A stretch of 63,129 bases of DNA, filler included, from Cercozoa sp. M6MM (Eukaryota > Protista > Endomyxa: Ascetosporea), in the NCBI GenBank assembly GCA_040357565.1. It is 10 parts of 10 records of this genome, joined end to end, with 100 filler letters (N's around TTAATTAATTAA, not from the genome) between each part and the next. Parts side by side here need not be neighbours in the genome. Positions count along the whole stretch, not along the records: positions 1 to 6,387 come from JBDODJ010000747.1; positions 6,488 to 10,643 come from JBDODJ010001213.1; positions 10,744 to 16,346 come from JBDODJ010000876.1; 7 more parts are not named here. One strand, written 5' to 3'. The notes beneath the pieces are model-generated. The model was not told the origin of the DNA. It worked only from the letters and a program-made list of their open reading frames with translations, and made no database searches. Made by a program: the position numbers and the translations under genes. Shown here in pieces: positions 1 to 12,245 of this stretch (its first letter is position 1; every line of letters begins with the position of its first letter).

Positions 1-45
<45 letters not shown>

Positions 46-59
46 GTAGGCTAGAAATA

Positions 60-547
60 CCCAACGATGCACTCAGTTTCGGCACACGCGATCGGCGCGG
101 CGTCTTGTTCGGCGCGCCCGTTTTTTCGGGCGGATCGTCAATTTGTTCGCCGTCGCGTTTGGCCTGTGTGCGTGTGCGGCATGTGTGCATATCTTTCCAG
201 ATGCAGACGCTTGTGGATCTCAAGCGTACCTTCTGGCGACGGTTCTGGAACCACGTGGAAACACGCTTGATGGCGACACCAAAGTCCTCAGCAATCTCAC
301 GTCGCCGAGCACTGGAAACCCACAAACACACATGTGAACACACACAAACAGTTCCGAGAGAGCACAGAGGTACAAGTTTGGATGCGCATACTCCTGGAAG
401 TACAGCTCGAGCAGCTCATACTGTCGCTTCGTGAAGCGGCGTACCGGCTGCTCTCTGCAAAGGAACGTTGAAATATCGTTGAGCCTGGGAGGCAAAGCAG
501 CCCTACCTGGGACCACGACGGATGATGACACGTTCTCCCTTGCTCAT
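60..547 (-). CDS. Homeodomain protein (non-TALE, Q50), multi-exon, 3' partial
   Basis: Splicing GT-AG introns gives MSKGERVIIRRGPREQPVRRFTKRQYELLELYFQEYAHPNFARRREIAEDFGVAIKRVSTWFQNRRQK, with the helix-3 signature WFQNRR. The gene runs into a (GT)n intron at the window edge. Confidence 0.85.
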
Positions 548-1020
548 TTCCTCAACACAAAAGAACAAAAGAGGCGGTTCGGAGCAAGGAGCAGTGTCGT
601 AATTAAGCTACACGACACTGAAGCGCAATGGGCACAGCGCTGACACCTCTAGATGCTATAATTGCGTAAGTGGCTACAGGGGGGGCACTTTTCGATCAAC
701 AAATACAGTACTGTACTGTATATCGATAGCTACTGTACTTCGTTTCTCTTGTGTCCTGTTTCCAGTTGCCGGCGACTGCAACCGGAGCGACCTCTGTCTT
801 CGAGCATGCGTTTAAACAGAATCAGAAGCCACAACAGCATAGCTCTGCAAGCGAACATCAACTGAGGTTAATTAAGTCAAAAAACGCCTTTTGTCCCAGT
901 GCAGAGTGTTTTTCATGCCGGGTACCATTAAATTCAGGGCTGGGATGTTAAACCCCCAGATGCCAGCATTTACGTAATGTAAACTCCGCCAATAGAAGTA
1001 GTTGAGTGCAGTGTCAATTT

Positions 1021-3285
1021 TCACGGGACCACCGAGAGCTGGCGATGATTCGACTCAGACTGTTTGCTGACTCGAACCAGCAGGTCGGTAGATTGCTGCG
1101 ACCTGCGCCACAACTCGGCTCGTGCTTGCTGAAGATGCTCGCTCTCTTGCCATGCTTCTTCCTGTAAACGCCGTAAATCGCTCGTCAAGTAAGACAAGGA
1201 TCGCTTTGACTCCAATCGCAGTGTCTGCAGTTTTTCCTGGAGTTGACGACATTCCTCAGAAAAGGATCTAAACTGTCGACGCATCCCGTGCAGGTCGTCG
1301 CTTGCAAATTGAACAAGCCTCCCAAGCGGCTCCACGGCCTCACAGAGCGCACCTATGCTGGTCCGAGTCTCCTCGAGCGCTAGAACAGTGCGACGATCTT
1401 GTGGCGGGACAGTTCGTAGCATTTCGACCACTTCGTCTTCAGAACTTCCCTGATATGCCTCAAGCAACTCTTGTACGAGTGCACCATGGTCGGCTTGAGA
1501 ATCATGAGCACTTGGCCCTTCTATGGAGCTTGCGACTGTTCATGAAAGATGCAAAGTCGAAAGAACGCAGAAATTTCAGTTTAAACTGTTTACTTTGCTC
1601 CTGTTCGGCAGACGCACTCTTCTCGACACTCGACTCAAACATTACACCTTCGACCTGATGTGGAGTTTCTGCAGACAAGGGAGGCTCAAGTTCTGGAGGC
1701 TGTGGTTGACGTCGCGGCGGAGCCCGTCGTGCGGTTTTTGGTCGCTCCATTCGCCTGTGCGTTTGTAGTCTTTGCGAGATCTCGCGATCGGCGAGAACCC
1801 TTGTGCCTGTCACGAGTAAAACACTTTTTAAAAAACGAATTTCCAGTAAGAGCAAGTCCTACTGTCGGGAAAACGATGCGGAGTGGCTTCTTGTTGCCCG
1901 CGCGTGGGCAGTTTTGATTCCATGCTTTGAAGATTTAACTCAGGAACATGAGCGGGCCGAACTGTTGAAGCCGGAAAAGCCCCGAAAGCGGATTCGTTTT
2001 CATCACTGAACTCCTCCTCGCATAAACCGTGCGTAATTCCTTGCGTCTCCTCTGCTTGTATCTTTTTCAGTTGCAACTTCGGGACGTCAGGTCGGGGACT
2101 CTCTGTAGGTTGCTTGGCGTCAGGGGGTAGATCGAGAGGAGCTTCTTTAGGCTCGTTGTAACGGCGGGTTTCCTCAGAGTCGCCGCGACGGCGAGTTTCT
2201 TCAGGCTTGTCGTGATGGCGGGTTGCTTCAGAGTCAATGCAACGTTGGTTTTTGTCTTCAGATGTCCTGTCCACTCGGCTCAGAATTTCATGCATGTCAG
2301 GATCTCTTTCAATCGCCTCCGCCAAAGACTGAAGAAGATAGTTTGTAGCTTCCGCATTTGTTCCGGCTATCACCTGAGTCGCTTTGACTGGGATCTCACG
2401 ATCTATGGCCTCCTCAACACAGCGTCGCATGCGATTCAGGAACCACAGTTTTTCTTGCGGGTCTTTGATTGTCTTTTGCTCCAAAAGCGCCGCGGAGAAA
2501 GCTCCTCGCAAAAAAGTCGTCGACTCGGTGACAGAACGTACGATATCAAAAAGAAAGCGAAAGGGCGGACGTTTTAAGAGTTTTGTCTTCAAAATTGGCT
2601 TTGATATGATAGCCCCAAGCGTGCTTTGTGTAACCTCCCAGAACGGTCTTTCCGTCGCACGAGCAAATGACTCTCTTGTCTTGCTTTCCTCCGTCGGCGG
2701 ACACTCACTCGCAGAAATCTCACTTGCCTGGGGCACGTTTTGGCTTTCGTGCTCGTCTTGCTTTCGAAAGTCGTAGGTCCGACTAGTTGACTCCAACTCA
2801 ACGTCGTCAGAGACAACACGTGGCATTGCGAACTCACCGACTTCACCTTCCACTTGCGCCGAGCCGACGTCTTTTTCGTCAAGCTGCTTCGTGGCCGACC
2901 TTGCAACGGCTGCGAGTACCTGAAGCATGTGGTTTGTGACCGCCGACTCGCGGCCAGCAACCACATCTTTGGGACGAACTCGAAGCGTATCGCCAGATAT
3001 CCGCTCAAGCAGCGTTGTCAGCGTCGAAATAAAGTTGATTTTGTCGCTTTTGCTCTGGATGTTCGAGTAACTACGAAGCGTGTCTGGAACCAGTTCCTTG
3101 TTGCCAAAGTGCTTTTTTAAAAACCCGGAACTGTGCTCAGTAGCAGTGACGACATCATGCAAGAAGCGGATTGGAGGGCGGCGCAACAGCTTCTCCGTCA
3201 GTTTCGGTTTTGTGAACAGGCCTGCAAATGCTGCTTGCGTGCGACTAATCTCGACTTCCAGAGGCAAGACACGATCGTGACTCAT
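1021..3285 (-). CDS. IFT54: IFT54/TRAF3IP1 (MIP-T3) homologue with two N-terminal CH-like domains
   Basis: Two copies of the MIP-T3 N-terminal motif (KPKLTEKLLRRPPIRFLHDVV and KPILKTKLLKRPPFRFLFDIV), a central RPKTARRAPPR motif, and a C-terminal coiled coil (SIGALCEAVEPLGRLVQFASDDL) in ORF 1021-1467. Confidence 0.88.
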
Positions 3286-3813
3286 TCTGTTGATCCCAAA
3301 GGGAGCAATTTCGACTACTAAGTTGCCAACCTCAAGCCTCAAAGGTGTTTTTGAATTGTTTTTTGCATTTTTCATTTCCGCACGGTGCCAGTTTAAAAAG
3401 AAAACGGCGAACCAACTGCAGTTTTGTCGTCTCAGTACTGGGAGCGTAAGTCGATGTGCCCGAGTGCAACCTTGCATGCCACGTCAAGGAAGTGCCCGAG
3501 AACTCGGTAAACAGCACCTTGAGATGACAGGCGTAAAACACAGCGACGGCAAGCCCACGGATGTGTATGATGACCACGCTGACACTAGTACTGTCAAGGT
3601 GCGAAAACCGAGGTGGCTTTTTTCTACCCTAGAAAAGCTCAGTAAAAACGACCCGTTTAAACTTGCAGGCTCAGCGTTCTGCATAGTCGGGGTGTCCAGC
3701 AAGAAAAACGGGAAGCTGCTGCCAGCGACTCTGCTTGTGGACGTGCGAACGGTCGCACAAGTGTGTCGGGTACAATTTACCAGTATTTCAATTACTGTAC
3801 GTTCTGCTGCAGA

Positions 3814-6292
3814 ATGATGTGGAATGCAGTGGCGGTAGAAGGAGCCACAAGAGTGAAACGTCGTCTCCGAAGCTTCTTGTCAGGCATTCGCACCGAAGCT
3901 CTGAGCAGCGAAAGTCGGGCCGCTGCGCAGCAGCAGAAGATGAGCCGGGGCATTCTTGGTGCCATAAAGAATGACGACAAGAAACTCTTTCGTGAGCTGC
4001 TGCGCCACATAGACCCTGATAATGATGACGCGCGAGGCCCATTCGACGAGTCTCTGCTGCACATCAGTCTCCTTTTCCGACGACGAAGAATGGCGCAGGC
4101 GATTGTCAGAGAATGGCCTCACATTATAAATGACGTTTACGGATCTGGCGACTACGAAGGTATCTTCAAACGAGCTTTGCCTTCGGTCGCATCTGTTATT
4201 GTATTAAAACGTCAACTTAAGTTGATTCATTTGGGCAGGCGAGTCGGCTCTGCATATGGTAAATTTTATCATTAATTTAAAACTTATAAATTTTTTAATT
4301 TTCAAGTTTGCATCGGTGCGCTTGATGCGACATGATAGGCGATTGTTAACCGCGATGAAAAACTCGTACGCTTTTTGATCCGATGCGGTGCAGATGTCAA
4401 CACACCTCGGGCGACTGGCCGGTTTTTTCGAAAAAACATCGGACAGGTTTGAACTTCTTCGTTGTCGTTGTCCGTTTGGGGCTGTTGCTTCTGAGTTCTA
4501 CCATATTCAGGGAGGTTGGACAGCCACTGAAAAGGGAATCGTGTACTTAGGCGAAACTCCACTCCATTTCGCTGTCTGCACCGACCGTAATTATCTAACA
4601 AACAACTTTCGGTTCTTTTCCCTTCTTGGTTACTTTGGTCGCACATTCCAGAGCCGCGCCTCGTCAAGTTGCTATTTCGACACGGCGCATCCATGAGAGC
4701 TCGCGATGGGAACGGAAACACGATTTGTACACCTGCTTGCCGTAGTTGTGGGGTGCAGCTGTACAAAATGTGTCTTGTGTGCAGTGCACCTTGCAGTGTT
4801 AACGGGAAGGTGGAATATGTTTGCCCTGTGCAAGGCACTTGACCCTTCGATTGAGAAGTGACTTCGCTTTTCTTCTTTTTCCGGTGGTTACAAAGAAAGG
4901 GAGGGGGATTGTAGTTGGACGAATCGCGATGGTTTGACTCCGTTCTTGCTCGCCGCAAAGACAGGTGAGCGGCGCATTTTTGAAAGTATGCTCAAGGCGC
5001 GACGTCGCCTCTGCTGGAGGTGGGGAGATGTGGTACCGTCATGTACCACTAGAAGGAATGCGGTGTTTGGTGTTCTATTTGTTTCAACGCAGGTCCAATA
5101 CGCACATCCTCTAACCGACCTCGACACCAACGCTGCCATAAAAGCGGAAGAGTTCGCCGCTATCCACGACGTGAACGAGCTCGGTCTTGTTAGCGTGGAA
5201 ACTGTACATTTGTGTTTTGGACGGTTAGTAGTGCTTACCATCAAATATTTGTCTGGTTTGAAAATAGCACGACGAAGAGTCATCAACAACACATTCAAAG
5301 TAAGTTTAATATTCAGGCTTGTTGCTCATGAACTAGCGTGTGTAGTATGTAAGCCGCACTGTGTAAAAACTGACTGTTTTAGAGGCAGAAAAATAGGGCC
5401 TTCTGCTCTCGAACTGATGATCGACAATGGGCATGCTTCGTTGTTGGAAACACCTCTTGTTTTTCGACTGTTACGAACGAAATGGAGCAGCTTTGTGCGA
5501 CAGCTATTCTGGGCCTTGTTTGTTTTCGACTTGCTCCTGACGAGTAAACATGCTTCGCTACCTCTTTTTTTGTCATTGTTAAAGCAACCAAATTAATACC
5601 TGTAAAATTTAAACTGACATGTAAATTTAGTCGCGTTGACTTTTGCTGTGGTGCAACGACGCGAATACGACAAAGATTCCCCTGCCGAGGCCTTTCGCCA
5701 GACTTGTGAATGGTAGCCTAGCTCTATTGAACGGATCTTTGAGCGACCGAGGACGTTTGAGTAGGGTTGTTTTCGTCTCGAGTGCCATCTCTCTGTGCCT
5801 CACTGTGTTACGGTCTCTTCGTCAAAAACTGCATAAGACGATACTGGGCTATCTCTTTGGCTCTTTCGACATGTTCTACGTCGTTAACTTGGTGGCCAAC
5901 GGATCAATCATCGCTACAGCTGTCACTCGTTTGGTACATTTTGCATCAACTAGAACGGATCTTGCAGTCCCTCGTCCTGTGCGCAGTTTTCTGAAACGTC
6001 AGATGACGAAGATCAACTCGATTTGGCTTACCGAGACGTATTTGAAGACCTGTTCTCTGCGATAGGTACCCGTAGTATCTGCAAACTGGGGTCAAAGAAT
6101 TTCTTTCATCATGAGCAGCCATGCTTTCTCACTGGCTCTACTTGCTGTTCTTTGCGCGTGCAATTAAACTCACCGGTAAGACTGTTGATTTATAACAATC
6201 GAACGCAGCGAATATTTATTGAACTCAATCTTCGATCTTTTAGGCACCTACGTTGTTTCCATTGTATACATATTCGTGCATGACGTGCTTAG
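3814..6292 (+). CDS. Ankyrin-repeat TRPV-like cation channel, 3' partial
   Basis: Spliced: GESALHMAIV, RATGRFF...VYLGETPLHFAVCT, DGNGNTILHLAV, NRDGLTPFLLAAKTG, WRWGDVVQYAHPLTDLDT, SALELMI...LLRTKW, then hydrophobic TM exons. This matches the TRPV N-terminal motif order. Confidence 0.8.
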
Positions 6293-6293
6293 G

Positions 6294-6358
<65 letters not shown>

Positions 6359-6387
6359 ATACCACACACACACACACACACACACAC

Positions 6388-6487
6388 NNNNNNNNNNNNN
6401 NNNNNNNNNNNNNNNNNNNNNNNNNNNNNNNTTAATTAATTAANNNNNNNNNNNNNNNNNNNNNNNNNNNNNNNNNNNNNNNNNNNN
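6388..6487. other. Artificial contig-joining spacer (N44-TTAATTAATTAA-N44); also at 10644-10743, 16347-16446, 22880-22979, 26945-27044, 45115-45214, 51568-51667, 60355-60454, 61742-61841
   Basis: Identical 100-nt blocks with a 12-mer that has stops in all six frames; genes are truncated at them. Confidence 0.97.
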
Positions 6488-6829
6488 CCCCCCCCCCCCC
6501 TCATACCCCCCCATGGAACACACCAGCAAACGATCGGAACAGTTGCGTATCATCGGCGCTCGTACAGCACGTCGGTCCTGACCGGCAAAACCGCAGGTCT
6601 CGGTGTACCTGCGTTTCTCACATCAGGCACACAGGGTGGTCAGTCCCAGTACCTCAGACACTGTGTACCAGATCGCCCTGCAGATTCAGGAAACCGACAT
6701 TCTCACAGGATCCGCTCGGAGAGCCTATCGCTACTGCCAGTGCGGCAGCAGCTATGATAGGTAGTGGCCACATGTGTGCACACCTCGGACTAACTAAAAT
6801 GCACAGTTTTGGCAGCTTTTATTTTGACA

Positions 6830-8146
6830 TCATAGTGACTGATCAGACGTTTTCTCTCTTTTCCGTTGTACTACTTGTGATGGCCCTGCGAAAGACTTGC
6901 AACGACGCAAGCTGCGGCGTGTTTTCCGAGCACTACGTAGGCGCGCAGGACGTCTGCAGGGAGCCGAGGCGCGCACGGAGTTTAGAATGTGCGCGCGCAG
7001 GTCGTGTTCGATGCGACAGCGGAGTTGCTTGAGACACTGCGCCACGTGTTGCTGCACGGCAGTTGCATTAGCTTCGATATTGGAGTGGCTGCTTGCTTTG
7101 GAGTTCACTGCGATGGCCGTGGGAGTCTCCGAATCGAGAACTTTCACAACGTAGCGCTCGAACGGACCGTCGGTTTCGCTCGAGCTGCTTGTACAAGTAC
7201 TCTGGCTGGAAGAGTTCCAAAAAGATTCGGTTGTGGCAGTTGGGGCTTGGATTGTTTGTGCTTTCGCTTGTTCTGACTGGAGGTCTTTGCTTGGTTTGCT
7301 CGCTTTGGTTTCACTTGGACCGACAGAAGGTCCGACGGAAGGATCGACGGAAGGACCAACACGAGGAGGAGGATTCGAAGATAGTTCACTTTCCGTCTGC
7401 TGCTGCTTGGAAGAGAACTGCAAGGGAAACGGCGCCCCGAAACTCTGTGCGAATGACAGAGAGGATGTGAAGTTTCGCAGCTGCTGTGCCAAGCTTTCGT
7501 TCTCTGCATTCAGTTGTATTTAATCTTCGTATATATTGATACAGTCAGATAGTACAGTATTGACCACACACTGTATGCACACTGTTAATGTACCCAACTT
7601 CGGTTGAAACTACCTTTTCGCAGAGATTCGAGCTGAAGACGCAAAACTTCGGCATTTTCGCGGCTCTCTTTCGCCGCGGCTTTGTGCGCCTTTGCCGCAG
7701 TTTCGTGTTTCTTTCGCGATCGTTGCAAGTGCTCCACAGCTTCTGTGAGCTACAGTTCAGAACTGTTGATTGAAAGCAACAGTTCAAAGCAGCAGTTGAA
7801 AGCAGCAATCAAAGCAGCTGAAAGCAGCAGTTGAAAGCAGCAGTTGAAAGCAAGAAGGAAACTGGAGAGATCACCAATGAGTTCTTCTCTCGGAGAGCTT
7901 TTATTTCTGAGCAAAGCTGCCGATTCCTACTGTGAAACTTCAACAGTTGTTGTCGCTGTACTTGCGCTGCGTTTGCGCTGAGTTCCAGTCGTTGCTGCAA
8001 TCCTTCGCACCGAATGCGATACAGGTTGGACTGAGAAGCCTCTCCCACGAGCTTTGTCGACTCCTCAAGTTTCGCACCCTATCGGAACCAATAATCGAAC
8101 CGGCAAAAGCGGCAACTAAAGCCTTCAGCTTCGTTGTAAGGCCCAT
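6830..8146 (-). CDS. Hypothetical coiled-coil protein (multi-exon)
   Basis: Exon-like ORFs 7809-8048 (RCEGLQQRLELSANAAQVQRQQL) and 6830-7492, separated by an intron with CTGCTTTCAA-type repeats. Start position uncertain. Confidence 0.5.
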
Positions 8147-8380
8147 ATACTTGAATCTGCCGCATACGCATGCCGTGATTGCGCTCAATTCGAGCAGAGG
8201 ATTTCGCGACTTGGTCAATACCTTGTATTTTCAGTTTCCCCCAACATTGCAATTTAGAATAAAATGTCAGTTTGGGCGTTTTGCTCAATCGCGTTTCTCA
8301 TCGCAAATTAAAGAGTCGAATAGTATCGGTACTGACTTAAACAAGCATTCTCTAGTACTGACACGTTATTAATCGTCAGC

Positions 8381-9592
8381 ATGCCACAGGCCGCGCAGGC
8401 TCGAGAAAGCCGGAGCAATCGGTTGCACGAGTTGACGCACTCACTGTGCCGAGTGATCCACGAGGCAGGAGTCTTCGATGTCGGATCTGGAGGACTCGAC
8501 TTCAAACTCCTTGGCCAAATGAACAGCAACTGTGTAGCAGAAAAGATTCAAAGTGTGGTGACGTGCCTTGCGACTGACGGCAATCAGGTGCAGATAATCA
8601 CTGACTCAGTGTCCGGAGTACAGTACAGCGTGTTAGATTGCAAGCCATGCGCCTACACTAGTCGTGGCCTTTGTTATCGAGGTGTGTGCCTGTGAGTGTG
8701 CACGTGTTAGCAGAGACACTGCCATGGCACTGTTTCTCAACACACACTCGCAACTGAGCGACGGTGAGTTCGTCGACTATTTTGATTCGCTCGGTCGTCG
8801 CGATCAGCCGCATGACCCTCTGTACTCACTGCACAGCTGTGTTTACGTGTTGTCCGCGTGGACATGTAAAATACTGCTTTCCAACTGGATCAGAGACAGC
8901 GAGAGGCTACGCGTGCTGCTGGACATCGGGAGTCACTTCAAATTCGGCGAGATCTTCCGCATTGTGACTGGCTCGGGAGTGTACTTCTGGCGCAAGACTG
9001 AGCAGTTCTGTTCAGCTGCTGCTCACCATTTCTTTTCGCTCTCTCGTGGTCAGTTTTATGACTAACCTGACTCAGATACTGATATATATATATATATATA
9101 TATATATAGTTTATATGAAATAATTAATTTAATTTATCTATATATTTATGTATAGCTATATGTGTATACAGATTCACTGAAAGTTAATTTCAGACCGACG
9201 GACACGCCCGAGTGTCCGCTCGATTCTGCGTCGCTTCTGCTCCAATGGCTTCCTCAACGCACTGATCGACTTGTAAGTTCCACCCTCCAGTTTGACTAGA
9301 TTAAGTTTAATTAATGTTTGAATTTATCTTGGGGGATTGTAGCATGCACAAAGTGAAGGCAGATCACTACGGACCCAGTGTGCGCGAGCAGCTGCCGGAG
9401 GCAGTGCCCCAGGTGCTCATGTACTTTGCGCGACACGGCCTTGGTTTCGGCAACACTGGCACAGCTGACCTCGAGGAGAAACGCTTCCTGTGCCTGCAGT
9501 TGTTGTACGACACAGTGCGACCGCCGGCACCGCTGGATGACATCATGCCGCACATAAACCTCGATGTGCTGCACTTGATCCGCGAGTTTTAA
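8381..9592 (+). CDS. Hypothetical protein (multi-exon)
   Basis: ATG at 8381; ORFs 8381-8695, 8664-9065 and 9314-9592 can be linked through GT-AG introns, one containing (TA)n. Ends ...LDDIMPHINLDVLHLIREF-TAA. Confidence 0.6.
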
Positions 9593-9916
9593 TTACTGAC
9601 TTTCTGCCAGAAAAAACGACCTGAACGGTCTGAACAAATTGAGATACCACAATTAACAGTGTGACAAAACTGCACACACTAAATCGGCAAACAACTAGCA
9701 AATTCCAGATTTTGTTAAGGGACCGTCGATTTCTGGGCTTGGTGCCTAAGTCGCAGTCCCGGGAAATCAAACAATCGACCCATTTGCTAGCACACAGTGG
9801 CACTTGTCAGAGTCTGGTCGTTTTGTGGTGTCTTGAGTTTCCTCTCATTTGTTCTCGGGCCGAAATTTTGTTGTTGTTGTTGTTGTTGTGAGTAACGGGT
9901 GACCCGTGTTCGCAGA

Positions 9917-10493
9917 ATGTCGCGTCTCTTCGCGCACCCGTCGCTCTGCTGCGTGTGCGCGCGTCTGCTAGGTAGCTTTGCTTTGAGTTGAGTTTGCTTT
10001 GCTTTGCTTTGAGTCGAGTTGCTTTGCTTTGAGTTGAGTTGCTTTGCTTTGAGTTGAGTTGCTTTGTTTTTGAGTTGAGTTGCTTTGTTTTTGAGTTGGT
10101 TGGCTTTGTTTTTGAGTTGCTTGGCTTTGCTTTGAGTTGAGTTGAGTTAGTTGAGTTAAGCTGTTGCGTTTTGCTTCGAAGAATGGAGTAGTTGCTTTGA
10201 GTTGAGTTGCTTTTGCTTTGAGTAGCTTTGCTTTGAGTAGCTTTGAGTTGAGTTGAGTTGAGTTGAGTTGAGCTGAGTAGCTTTGAGTTGAGTTGCTTTG
10301 AGTTGAGTTGAATTGCTTCAGACGACGAGAAAGCGACGCGCACGTGCGGCACGGCCGGGTGTCAGCAGCGACTGCACGAGGCTTGTGCGCACGTGTTCGG
10401 CGGCAGGTGCGCCTGGCATCAGGCCGGTCGCGAGGACAGCCGGCAGAGCCGGACGCTGGGTCGGCTCGGACAGGACGTGGTGCCGCTGCCGAG
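9917..10493 (+). CDS. PHD-like zinc-finger protein, 3' partial
   Basis: Removing intron 9972-10321 gives MSRLFAHPSLCCVCARLLDDEKATRTCGTAGCQQRLHEACAHVFGGRCAWH, a C4-H-C2-H PHD-variant spacing. Confidence 0.6.
9972..10321 (+). repeat. Intronic mixed pentamer satellite (TTGAG/TTGCT)n; same family in TOP2 introns (~16770-16995, 17205-17365, 18085-18180, 18855-19040)
   Basis: Direct reading; the repeat sits between GT and AG splice sites, T/G-rich on the sense strand in both genes. Confidence 0.9.
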
Positions 10494-10643
10494 GTGGGTT
10501 TTCCCCCCACTTTACCCCCCTGTTTACCCCCCACTTTACCCCCCACTTTACCCCCACTTTACCCCCACTTTACCCCCCACTTTACCCCCCTGTTTACCCC
10601 CCACTTTACCCCCCACTTTACCCCCCAATTTACCCCCCTGTTT
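10494..10643 (+). repeat. Intronic TTTACCCCCC-core minisatellite (~12-bp unit); family recurs near 16120-16570, 25940-26944, 29955-31580, 45215-46140 and 60455-63129
   Basis: Direct reading of the repeated tttaccccccac / tttacccccctg units after a GT donor. Confidence 0.9.
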
Positions 10644-10797
10644 NNNNNNNNNNNNNNNNNNNNNNNNNNNNNNNNNNNNNNNNNNNNTTAATTAATTAAN
10701 NNNNNNNNNNNNNNNNNNNNNNNNNNNNNNNNNNNNNNNNNNNGGGGGGCAAGGTAAAAGGGGTAAATGTAGGGAGTAAAGGGGGTATAGAGTCTAC

Positions 10798-11744
10798 CTT
10801 GCTCGTCATGAACTCTTCGAATTGCTCGATCACCTGGTCCTCGGCCGGCATCGGTTTCTCCTGCGAGTGGAGAGGGTTCAAGTGGGAAAAGAGGGGAGTA
10901 AAGGGGGTAAAGAGGGTGTGTGGGGGGGCAAAACAACAACATACCTCGGAAGACGCAGCTGAAGTCGGACGAGTCATTTTCGTTGCCGTCACGAGCATGT
11001 GCACCTGACCGACACTGTTACCGCTGTCGTCCTGTTGGGGGAGGGGTAAACATAGGAGACACATTGGTAGAGGATGGTAAGGGGGGGGGGGGAAAGTTAG
11101 TAAGGGTAGTGGGTAAAGCACAGGATACATGCAGCGGGAACCAGTCTGAAATGCGCTTCTTTTTGTCGCTGAGAATTCGCAGATCGACTTTGGCGCGACC
11201 GAGCATTTTGTCGCGCAGCGCGGCCGTGCTCATGATCTGCAGGAAAACAAGGGCAGGGGGTGGTAAAAGGGCAGGATGGCAAAGGGGGTAAAGGGACAGC
11301 TCACCTTGACAATGAGCGTGTTGGCGAAATCTGTGATGTGAAACTCGAACTGTTCCGAAAACTGCGCCGTCACTTGCGACGAGTCCGTCAGACACGGGTC
11401 GACATAACTGCAACACGCACACACATACACACATGTCCAATGAACAAACATGCCTAGTGCAGGGCATGCGTACCGACTGGTGAACTTGTTGTCACCATCA
11501 TGCTCCAGCTGCACACAAAGCAGTCAGGTTGGGTGCTTCTACAGAAAAAAAAACAGGTGGTACCTTTAGTTTGGCGTAGCGTTGTCCCTTGAGCCGGGTG
11601 CCTTGCTGGTGCGGCAACGTTACTTCGAAACTGCGACAAACAGGAACACTTGTTTGCTAAAGCTCGACATAATGCATACATACAGCGAATGATAGAAAAA
11701 GCGTCAATGTACAGTTTAACGCCGACGCGTTCGAAAGCGCCCAT
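10798..11744 (-). CDS. C2-domain protein, probably a diaphanous-related formin N-terminus (3' partial)
   Basis: Spliced C2 features (AQFSEQFEFHITDFANTLIVK...LGRAKVDL...SDWFPL...GQVHM), followed by EKPMPAEDQVIEQFEEFM, which resembles the start of a formin GTPase-binding domain. Confidence 0.6.
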
Positions 11745-12245
11745 GGCTTGGGTGCGCGTGCGTTTCTAACACTCGCTTGTCACTGCGGCAACAGCAACAC
11801 AATATCCAATGCAACACATGGTATGGTCGAATCCAAAGAAATGCTCGAAAGCAGTGGCGATCAAAACAAAAGCTGAACACCCACAAAAGGACGCCTGCAA
11901 AGCTTATCAGACAGCTGACTTGTATAAGTGCACAATTTGATGCTGCGGGCACACGACGCTGGCCGTGTTCGCGCTCAAACGTGCTGAGGAAATTTTGCCA
12001 GGCACGAATTGATCGCCCTGCGTGCACACAACAACGCACCTATCAACCCTGTTGGTACACTATGACGCAAAGCCCTATACTGTACAGTGCAGTACACAGC
12101 ACTGGGCCGCTAAGAATAATTCAACAATTCTGTCGGCTCCGAAAACGTCCGGAGGAGCGGTTTTCCTGGCTCCGACTGTGGAAATAGTACTGTATCTACA
12201 ATTTAGCACCCTCGCAGTAACTTTAACGGATTCCCAGTTGTACAG

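Noticed and set aside
6432-6443. Recurrent TTAATTAATTAA as a biological repeat or telomere
   Set aside because: It is always centred in fixed-length N blocks, so it is a concatenation linker.
6571-6698. Hammerhead or HDV-like ribozyme
   Set aside because: GUC and GAAAC pair like stem III, but no CUGANGA core is correctly placed on either strand and no HDV pseudoknot could be built.
9807-10699. ORFs with NSKQ/STQL, PPLY/FTPH, HTHT or CVCV repeats (here and elsewhere)
   Set aside because: They are translations of intronic satellites, not proteins.
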